From contig OZ024740.1 in the NCBI GenBank assembly GCA_964016885.1, positions 427,056,001 to 427,120,000 on the forward strand: DNA of 64,000 nt. Direction: 5' to 3'. Under the pieces are notes generated by a model, which saw nothing but the letters and a program-made list of their open reading frames with translations, was not told the origin of the DNA and made no database searches. Both the position numbers and the translations under genes were made by a program. The DNA is from Eledone cirrhosa. Lineage: Eukaryota. The first letter of the stretch is position 1, and the number at the start of each line of letters is the position of its first letter. Shown here in pieces: positions 54,309-64,000 of this stretch.

Positions 54309-54913
54309 ATATAAATTAAAAATGTAATATATAACTCATCTTATTAAACCTATCGATAAATCATTAGATTCCTTAATACGACTGCCAAAAACTCTCTTAA
54401 ATGAAGAAAAACTTTTTTCCTTAAAACTTTTTTCCTTATAAAAAATTGTTTTCCTTAAAAATTTTTTTCTTAAAAATTTTGTCATTAAAAGTTTTCCTTG
54501 AAAATTCTTTTAGATAAACATACTGAAAGTTAAAAAGAAAATGGGTATAAAAAATTAAGATAAACATACTGAAAGTTAAAAAAAAAAAAGGTTTATTGTT
54601 AATTCCTCTGATGGATATAAAAAATTATAAAAAATTATAATTCATATTTTATACTGTGTTTTTTCTATATATTTTTCTATATATTTTTAAAATTATATTG
54701 CTTAAAAATTACATATTTTTATAATTATATTGGTTAAAAATTACATTGCTTAAAAATATAATTCCTTCTAAAATTATATAATTATATCTTTTTTAAAAAT
54801 TGTAATTCCTTTTAAAATTATAATCCTTTTTAAATTATAACTCATATTTTATTTTATATTATGTATTTTCTATTTATATATATATATATGTATATGTGTA
54901 TATGTATGTGTGC

Positions 54914-54995
<82 letters not shown>

Positions 54996-55525
54996 ATGTG
55001 CGTATGTATGCATATATGTATGTCTGTGTATATATATATATATCGAAATGTATAATTTGAATACATTCTACGAATGAACTCATATAAAAGGTATATTACG
55101 GTTTATGCTTTAGATATATTCTTATGAAAAACTTTCAACATTAAGACGTTATAGTAAACAAACTTATATTTTAACAGTCACAACTGTATAACAGGTGGAT
55201 TTATAAAATATATAAAATTCATAAAATTATAACTTACTATAAAATAATATAAGGTTCTCTTATAATCTTAACTTTTTTTATCATCTTAACTTTTATAGCA
55301 TATAATCCTTAGAGGTATCTAAATTACAAATATATCAATAAATTTTCCATCACGCTGTATTGCTATTACTAAGAAGAGATTTTTCTTCGCTAAAATCTCT
55401 GAAAATTCCTATATTTTAAACATATATTTTGCTATTTCTTATAAGTTTTATTGTTAATTGAAAAATTTTACATTTAATTGTTGGTTGACAATTAATAATA
55501 AATTTATGTAAGGTTAAGTAATAAT

Positions 55526-55605
<80 letters not shown>

Positions 55606-56102
55606 CATATATATATTTTTTTTTAATTATATATTCTTTTAAGAATATATAGATCTCAATTTTAAATTTTTAATTTTTAATTTATAGATCTCAATAATTT
55701 AATCAAATTTAAACATTAGATAAAACTCTCCGGTTATTACTATTTATTTATTTATTTATTTATTTACTTCGCCTAATTCATCCAACATATATTTATTTTT
55801 TCGCTTCATCATCTCATAAAATTACGTTAATACAACACTCTCTCACTTAGGGTGTTCTCTCTTTCTCTTTCTATTCATTGTTTTTCTTTCGACTCTCTTT
55901 TTCCTTTTCCTATTATTTCTTCCCTATTCCAACGGCTTAATTTCAATGTAGGGGATTTAAACCTTTCCGACACTAATTTACATAATAGACCACTAATAAA
56001 ATTAGTAACCCCACTATCCGGGACTATCCGGGAGCTTCCAGCCGACATGGTTGCATTCTTTAAGGGTATGTCAATATTGGTTTATAAAACTGATCTATAT
56101 TA

Positions 56103-56167
56103 TATTTTATCTGATGAAAGTGCGCCATAATTTGCTTTGGTGCCCTTCAAATATGTATAATGAAATA
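56103..56167 (+). ncRNA. Hammerhead motif A8 (catalytic G12 mutated: CAAA)
   Basis: tattttat-CTGATGA-aagtgcgcca..tggtgccctt-CAAA-tatgta-TA-atgaaata. Confidence 0.65.
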
Positions 56168-56198
56168 AATATGGTTTTATAAATATAGTTTCCATTAG

Positions 56199-56269
<71 letters not shown>

Positions 56270-56341
56270 AAGACGTAAAATAAGAAAATTTTAAAAATTA
56301 AAAATTAACTTACTAAAATTTTCACTCGTAAATATACTAAT

Positions 56342-56385
<44 letters not shown>

Positions 56386-56523
56386 AGCAAAAGGGATATT
56401 CAATTTGTTAGTAATTCAAGAAATATAAATGTTTATAACTGATTCAGAGCACACGACAGGTTTTCTGGACTATAATATTCAATGATATTAAATAAATGGA
56501 AACTATATTTATAAAACCATATT

Positions 56524-56585
56524 TATTCTATTATATATATTTCAAGGGCACCAAAAACTTTGGTACGCTTTCATCAGATAAAATA
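56524..56585 (-). ncRNA. Hammerhead ribozyme motif A9
   Basis: Minus strand: tattttat-CTGATGA-aagcgtaccaaa..tttggtgccctt-GAAA-tatata-TA-atagaata. Confidence 0.8.
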
Positions 56586-57750
56586 CAAAGTTTGTTTTAT
56601 AAATGTTCACATAACCAAGAAAAGATACCTTAATGGTTCAAGTTTTTCTTGGATAGTGAAGGGAAAAGAGAAGAAAAGTCAGATATTTCAAATTATTAAG
56701 ATGAGTATGCAAATGAAGTTGAGGTATAGGGCTGAAAAAACGTTATTTTAGACGCTATGCATAATTTAAATAATTAGGATACATGTATGTATGAGTAGGA
56801 AGAAGAAGAAAAGAAAGAAGAGCTTGTATTTACGTTAATTTAAAAGGAATTAACTTTTTGCGGGAATGGTGGAATATGATTCCAGAATTTTGATCTTCAA
56901 ACTTTCACACATCTTTCGACTAAAATAATATATAATTGAAATTAATCTCACACAAAATAATATATAATTTCTCTATATATTTTCTGAGTAAATCATTTAT
57001 CAAATTTAACGGTTAAACACAAGATTGGAGTTATCTTTCCCTTTTCAATCGTGCAAACATAAACATTATATTATAATATAATATGTATGATAAACTATAT
57101 AACTTCGATAAATTAACAATATTCTGAAAACATTTTCAATGTTGGAACAAAATATTCGAATCTACAAATTGTTCTCCTCTTACAACTTTAACTACCTATT
57201 TTTTTATGTAAAATGCAAAATCAACTTCCTTCGTAACTCATATTAGAAATGTAAACAACTAATAATTGTAAATTATTTCTATTTCTATAATACTTATACA
57301 TGCACAATTATTAATCTATATAGATATTTATATACTCACAACCTGTTGTAATATAATAAGATAAAATCAACTTACAACCATAATTCGTCATATAATCTAA
57401 TTGATTATATATAAAATATTATAACTCATAATATAGCTAAATAAATATAAATTCTGGAATCATATTCCACCATTCCCGCAAAAAGTTAATTCCTTTTAAA
57501 TTAACGTAAATACAAGCTCTTTCTTTTTTTTCTTCTTCCTACTCATACATAGATGTGTCCTAATTATTTAAATTCTGGATAGCGTCTAAAATAACGTTTT
57601 TTCAACCCTATACCTCAACCTCATTTGCATACTCATCTTAATAATTTGAAATATCTGACTTTTCTTCTCTTTTCCTTCACTATCCAAGAAAAACTTGAAT
57701 CATTAAGGTATCTTTTCTTGGTTATGTCAAAATTTATAAAACAAACTTTG

Positions 57751-57811
57751 TATTTTATCTGATGAAAGCGTACCAAAGTTTTGGTACCCTTGAAATATAT
57801 ATAATAGAATA
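57751..57811 (+). ncRNA. Hammerhead ribozyme motif A10
   Basis: tattttat-CTGATGA-aagcgtaccaa..ttggtaccctt-GAAA-tatata-TA-atagaata. Confidence 0.8.
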
Positions 57812-57862
57812 AATATGGTTTTATAAATTTATATATATAGTTTCCATTTATTTAATATCATA

Positions 57863-57946
<84 letters not shown>

Positions 57947-57948
<2 letters not shown>

Positions 57949-58327
57949 TGGCTACCAACTCGTTTTCGAGTACGGCCACTACTTTATATCCATGTAGGAG
58001 AACTCCTACCGATGCGCTGAACGAGTGTGACTTTTTAGTCCAGCCAGCGACTTGAAAACTCTGGTACAAACACTACACTTGTGACAAATATTGACACATA
58101 GTGCTGGGCCCATGGTACCATGTGACGACAAGTGCAGAGAGATCTACAGATATAAAGCAATGCCTGTGCCGTGAAGCTTTTATAGTGAGCAAAGGCACTG
58201 CACAAAGCCAGTCCCACTCTCTTAACCAAGATGATATTTACCAAAAAGAAGAACATGTCAACATCATTGGATACCATCAGGGTTGCAGGTGTTATATCAG
58301 AGTTTTCCTTCTCCGAGAATTCTGCCT
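57947..58327. mobile_element. Dispersed repeat family F, second copy
   Basis: Direct homologue of 25893-26271. Confidence 0.75.
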
Positions 58328-58447
58328 ATAGAGATATAGATATTTAAATAAGTAAATAAATGACTGTGTAACAGTTAGAAGGTTTAGTGAATACGAAGAA
58401 TAAAATGTGTTACCAGTAAAAAAAGGAGTTAAATTAAATATTCTCTG

Positions 58448-58448
58448 C

Positions 58449-58497
<49 letters not shown>

Positions 58498-60110
58498 TGT
58501 AGTAGTAGTGATTGTGTTGGTGTTGTTGTTGTTAGTGGTGGGGTCTCGGTGGTTGTGGTGGTAGTGGTGCTGTTGGTGGTGATCGTGGTGGTAGTGGTGG
58601 TGGTAGTGTTGTTGGTGGTGGTAGTATTGGGGTTGTAGAGGCAGTGGTAGTGTTGGTAGTGGAGGTGGTAGTAGAGGTGGTAGTTCTGGTAGTGGTGGTA
58701 GTTGTAGTGGCAGTGGTAGTGTTGGTAGTAGAGGTGGTAGTTCTGGTAGTGGTGGTCGTTGTAGTTGCAATGGTAGTGTTGGTAGTGGAGGTGGTAGTTC
58801 TGGTAGTGGTGGTGGTTGTAGTGGCAGTGGTAGTGTTGGTAGTAGAGGTGGTAGTTCTGGTAGTGGTGGTAGTTGTAGTGGCAGTGGTAGTGTTGGTAGT
58901 AGAGGTGGTAGTTCTGGTAGTGGTGGTCGTTGTAGTTGCAGTGGTAGTGTTGGTAGTAGAGGTGGTAGTTCTGGTAGTGGTGGTGGTTGTAGTGGCAGTG
59001 GTAGTGTTGGTAATAGAGGTGGTAGTTCTGGTAGTGGTGGTGGTTGTAGTGGCAGTGGTAGTGTTGGTAGTAGAGGTGCTAGTTCTGGTAGTGGTGGTGG
59101 TTGTAGTGGCAATGGTAGTGTTGGTAGTAGAGGTGGTAGTTCTGGTAGTGGTGGTGGTTGTAGTGGCAGTGGTAGTGTTGGTAGTAGAGGTGGTAGTTCT
59201 GGTAGTGGTGGTAGTTGTAGTGGCAGTGGTAGTGTTGGTAGTAGAGGTGGTAGTTCTGCTAGTGGTGGTAGTTGTAGTGGCAGTGGTAGTGTTGGTAGTA
59301 GAGGTGGTAGTTCTGGTAGTGGTGGTCGTTGTAGTTGCAGTGGTAGTGTTGGTAGTAGAGGTGGTAGTTCTGGTAGTGGTGGTAGTTGTAGTGGCAGTGG
59401 TAGTGTTGGTAGTAGAGGTGGTAGTTCTGGTAGTGGTGGTAGTTGTAGTGGAAGTGGTAGTGTTGGTAGTAGAGGTGGTAGTTCTGGTAGTGGTGGTCGT
59501 TGTAGTTGCAGTGGTAGTGTTGGTAGTAGAGGTGGTAGTTCTGGTAGTGGTGGTGGTTGTAGTGGCAGTGGTAGTGTTGGTAATAGAGGTGGTAGTTCTG
59601 GTAGTGGTGGTGGTTGTAGTGGCAGTGGTAGTGTTGGTAGTAGAGGTGGTAGTTCTGGTAGTCGTGGTGGCTGTAGTGGCAATGGTAGTGTTGGTAGTAG
59701 AGGTGGTAGTTCTGGTACTGGTGGTGGTTGTAGTTGCAGTGGTAGTGTTGGTAGTATAGGTGGTAGTTCTGGTAGTGGTGGTGGTTGTAGTGGCAATGGT
59801 AGTGTTGGTAGTAGAGGTGGTAGTTCTGGTAGTGGTGGTGGTTGTGGTGGCAGTGGTAGTGTTGGTAGTGGAGGTGGTAATAGTGGCACTTCTGGTAGTG
59901 GTGGTGGGGGTGTTAGTATTGGCAGTGTTGGTGGTGGAGGCAGTAGTAGTAGTGGTAGTTGTGGTAGTGGTCATGGTTGTGGTGATGGTTGTAGTGGCAG
60001 TGGTAGTGTTGCTAGTGAAGGCGGTAGTAACAGCAGTAGTGGTGGTGGTGGTAGTGGTGGTGGAGGTGGTAGTATTAATGGTGATGGTGGTGGTGGAGGT
60101 GTCAAGACTA
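58448..60110. repeat. (GTA/GTG) array containing a 57-bp minisatellite (about 58640-59880)
   Basis: A 19-codon unit recurs about 21 times. Confidence 0.95.
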
Positions 60111-60494
60111 ATGTAAAATTGCTTTGGAAACAGTCAATCATGTCCTTTCTACAGACATTCCAGTCGTCAAGATCAACACGAGATCCCATATATCAATATA
60201 GCCCTCCCCCACAAACACACACTTCCAACCTCCGTCCCATTCCCACACACTCCCACACACTATCCTCCAACACATATTTCTGCACGTCTACCCCATTCAA
60301 TGAGACCACGATCTCCTCTTACTCTCTCTCTTTTACCCCTCACTCTCTCACACTATTTCTTCCCTTTCTGTCCTTCCTTTCCACCGACTCATTTAATTCT
60401 TTTTTTTTTGGGGGGGGGGGGGGCATTCCTTACTGTTTTTTGTCTTGAACTTGTATATTTCTGTGTATAAAATAATAATAATTATTATTATTAT

Positions 60495-60662
60495 TATTTC
60501 TACATTTGGCACAAGGCCAGCAATTATCTCTGGTACTTTATTTTATCGACCCCGTAAGGATGAAAGGCAAAGTTAACCCTGGAGTGATTTGAACTCAGAC
60601 CATAAAGGGTCGTAACTCTTTGATGCAAAGCATGGCGTCCGACCCTCTACCGATACTGCCAT
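60495..60662 (-). mobile_element. SINE family 1 copy
   Basis: ggcacaaggcc..gatttgaactcag..gaccctctaccgatactgcc. Confidence 0.85.
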
Positions 60663-60670
60663 AATATTGC

Positions 60671-62610
60671 TTTTTTTTTTATTAACCACAAGGTTTACAC
60701 AAAATAAGACGTTTAGGACAATACAGGACAATACAGGACGGTACAAATGGGCATTTCTCCGTGTGAAAAAAACAAAAACAGAGGATGTAGCAAAAAAAAG
60801 AAACAATGAAAAATTCCCCAATACGGGAGAGACTTCCGAGGGACATTCGTGGAGAAAGCCCATTAAAAAAGCCACGATGACCCGACCACCAGGGCAAGTG
60901 CACTCTCCCATTTTTCCAGCTTCAATTTACAGGCATATACTCACGGGCCATTCTTGCCTCTCTCACCCATCTTTCAACAAAATGCTGGGAAGAGAGCACA
61001 TCCCTTTCTACCCTGATTTTCATTTTCAAATGAAATTTGAAAAAGTTAATCAAGGCATCACCGAAGAGGTAAGTGCTCGTCTTAAGCCCTTTCAAACGTG
61101 TCCACCATTCTATCTCTTTCGCCATGGCCACCAGACAGATAAAAACTGCCTGCCCTTCCCGGCTATAAGAAGAGGGTGGAGCAATCATCACGATGGACTC
61201 AGCTGATAGCCGGATCCGTCCTAAACGCGACAGCAGGTGTTCGACATAAACCCACAAGTCAGCAATTTTCGGACACTGGACGAGTGCGTGCAGGACGGTT
61301 TCGTCGCCCTGCGCGCATCTTGGACATGCCCGCTTGACGGCACCTCCATGCCTGTAGAGTTTATCCCGAACTGGCAAATTCCTCGGTAGCATTGCCAGGC
61401 CAGTCAGGGATTTCTGGAAGTTGTCCATAGGCCCTGGCCCGAAAGATCTTCCGAAGAGATTGGCTAGTTGATTTTCGTCGACGCCTAGAGTTTCCCCAAG
61501 TACGTCGTCTCTCTTCCTCTCCACTAATCCTCTATAGGATGCCAAGGTGGAGTTTCCACCGATCACATTGCCCGACTGGTCGAGGGCTGTGAGCGCCTGA
61601 AGACATTCCAATCTCCAAGCGCTCCCGCTCGGTCTTCGCTTGATCCAGGACTGCAGCTCAGTCAAGGAGACGAGCTGGGGAAAGACGCGTCTAGCAAACG
61701 GTGGCCACACCTGATCACCGTCGAGGAAGAGGTGGAAATGTAGCCTCAGCGCGTGCCTGCGCATCATCAGCCACGGCATGCCCAGCCCTCCACGTAGCGG
61801 GTGTTGACAGTAGATTGACCGCCTGACCATCGGAGCGCATCCCTTCCACAAAAAGCGAAAGAGCAAACGCTCCAGCGCAGTCAGGCGAGGCTTAGGAAAA
61901 GGCACGACGGTCAGGCGGTAGTAGATGACGGACGCGATGTACGCATTCGCCACCTCGACTCAACCTTTCAGGGATAGCTTCCTCTCTACCCATTTCTGGG
62001 TGAGAGAAGCCACCCTGCTCGTCACCTCGTCCAAGTTTTTGTCCGTCTGGAGGTCCGGACCGAACCAGACCCCTAGCAATTTAACTGGTCCATCCGTCCA
62101 GCGCCCGACGAGAGGGGACATCTTTGGCGGACCGAGCGCATGATGTTGAACGGCTGCGAAGGTGACCGTTCACTCTTATCACAGAGCAGATGTCGCTGTG
62201 CATGGTAGCGATCCAGCCGCTGAAGGCAGGCCCAAAGCCAGCCGCCCTCAGGTCTGCCGCCAGATAACGATATTCGACCCTATCCAAAGCTTTCGACTGA
62301 TCTAAATTAATCAAGGACCCACCCGTGCCAGGTTCCCTAGCTACCCTCACCACGATGTATCGCATGAGGTGGAGTTTGTCGTGGATGGATCTGTCTGGAA
62401 TGGCGCATGTCTGCGCCTCTCCCACCAGACCACCAACGACAAGCGCCAACCTCTTTGCTAGCACCTTGGCCAAAATCTTGAACTCTGTGTTAAGCAGAGT
62501 TATGGGCCTGAAATTATCTATGTTATCCCCCTTGTTCGGATCCTTTCTCAACAGTGCCACCGCTCCTCGGCTCACAGAGCTAGGAATTCTCCCGTTTTGT
62601 TGCCAGTTGC
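60671..62610 (-). mobile_element. L1/Tx1-clade LINE fragment (RT plus zf-RVT/CCHC), frameshifted and internally deleted
   Basis: NFRPITLLNTEFKILAK, LDQSKALDRV, LLGVWF, FLWKG, GGLG, CPRC..ETVLHALVQC. AATAAA and poly(A) at 60671-60684 on minus. Confidence 0.88.
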
Positions 62611-63157
62611 AGGATGAAAGACACAACTAACGTCAACGAAAGGATTCAAACACAAAGGGCTGTAACTACATGACGCAAATCATGTTGTCCGATAATCTAC
62701 CGATGCTGACATCAATAATGGGTTATGATTTAGGTACAAAGGCAACAATTTTTGGGGAGAGGAAAGTTAATTAAATCAACCTCAGTGCTTTACTGGTACT
62801 TTATTTTACCCACTCCGTAAGGATGAAAGGTAAAGTTAACCTTGGTGGGATCTGAACTCAGGAGGTAAAGGGTCGTAACTATATAACGCAAACTATGTTG
62901 TCAGACGTTCAACGATATAGACAATCAAATAATAATTTCTTTTGACCCCGTAATGAAGAAAGGCAAACGTAACCTACCTCGGTGGGATTTAAACTCAGAG
63001 GTTTAACTATATAACTATATGGAGCAAAGTCTGTTGCCCTACCGTTACTGACAATCCAATAATAATTGTTTGTACTGTTGGCACAAGGCCAGCAATTATC
63101 CCAGTGCAGTACTGGTACTTTATTTTATGGACCCCGTAAGGATGAAAGGCAAAGTCA
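62611..63157 (-). mobile_element. Cluster of 3-4 tandem SINE family 1 fragments
   Basis: Repeated aggatgaaaggcaaagtt..gaactcag motifs near 62611, 62820, 62950 and 63140. Confidence 0.75.
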
Positions 63158-63159
63158 CA

Positions 63160-63900
63160 AGTACACAATATGTTGAGAACAATTCACGTATTCCGGAGGT
63201 CAAATAGAAATAGCGTAGGCTGTCCACAACTTCAAGTAGTCGGAGACACAGTCCCCAATTCCGATTGATGTGATCTGTACAGTTGGTCTAGATAGACTTC
63301 AAAGGTAGTGACCCGGTAAAATGGAAGCTGTTCGCCTCTTTCACGAAGCGCAAATCTTCCAGAGATCAGGATTAACGTAATTGAACGAAGGCCATGCTAG
63401 CGAACCTCCACTCTGCTACTTTCTGTAGCGATCTTTTCACAGGTAGCGAATGAAGAATGTTAGAGTTTGACACCGTTATCTTCATTCCTATTTTTTTCAC
63501 AATGTAAACTCACTTGGGTTTTTACGGAGCAGAATGTTGAGATGCATATTGAAACAATCTAACTCCTCCCTATGTAGATATTTCTGGTTTTGAGGTGGTG
63601 TCATAAAGAGTTAGAGGCTCTTGAACCAAAATATATTGCAGTGTCTGACCGTTACTCTAACGGTGAAGGGTGGGATATTTGGCACTAGACAGTGACGTCC
63701 TTTTCGAGGTTAGTCCAGCTTATAATGCCACTGTTTGGTCGTAGTCTTCCAGGACCATTCATCTGAATACCACAGCAAAACACTTCCATCTTCGCTCTAG
63801 GAATTAGTCATGTGTATCATTGAAGCAATATCTTCTTAGTGCATGCGCGCCGAAACATCCAGGATCAGTAGTAAACAGCTGACGAAGGGAAAATTTTCTT
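63160..63900 (+). pseudogene. Highly decayed CR1/L2-like RT C-terminal fragment
   Basis: Interrupted motifs LDRLQR* (near 63288), KWKLF...K and V.P.YNATVWS (near 63708), resembling DLDRL..W..W.L.FN..KC and VRPxLEYxxxVWSP. Confidence 0.45.
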
Positions 63901-63944
63901 TTGTTGCCAACGTCCCGATTACCTTCTAACACTTCGTTTCCAAC

Positions 63945-63987
<43 letters not shown>

Positions 63988-64000
63988 GTAGGTCCCGGGT

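Larger units (their letters stand above)
52577..56203 (+). mobile_element. Penelope-like retroelement ending in a family A pLTR
   Basis: ORF, then an AT-rich 3' region of about 1.7 kb, then same-strand family A sequence ending at (TA)n. Linkage of ORF and pLTR is inferred from collinearity. Confidence 0.7.
56384..57860. mobile_element. Head-to-head family A insertion with arms of about 400 bp
   Basis: About 56482-56889 is mirrored at about 57450-57860. The left arm carries the long tail 56384-56481. (TA)n flanks. Confidence 0.85.

Noticed and set aside
58429-60116. Pro/Leu-, Thr- or Val-rich repeat ORFs
   Set aside because: 57-bp minisatellite open in multiple frames, with no evidence favouring a coding frame.

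Overview
AT-rich, microsatellite-dense animal genomic DNA. The SINE families suggest a cephalopod such as Octopus (inference). No host protein-coding gene can be supported, and most long ORFs are artefacts of satellites and simple repeats. Recognisable elements are a Penelope-like element (RT plus C-terminal GIY-YIG, 52.6-56.2 kb), an R4/Dong-like RLE LINE in (TACA)n, L1/Tx1, RTE and CR1/L2 fragments, tRNA-SINEs, a TTAA piggyBac-type MITE, mariner- and hAT-like ends, and several minisatellites (units of 25, 30, 30, 55, 57 and 96 bp). The main hidden signal is about 18 hammerhead-ribozyme motifs in four sequence families, with compensatory base changes between copies in families A and B. They lie in Penelope-type pseudo-LTR fragments inserted mostly in (TA)n. 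These insertions are repeatedly head-to-head, with one long-tailed and one short 3' end facing outward. One arm starts at the predicted self-cleavage site.
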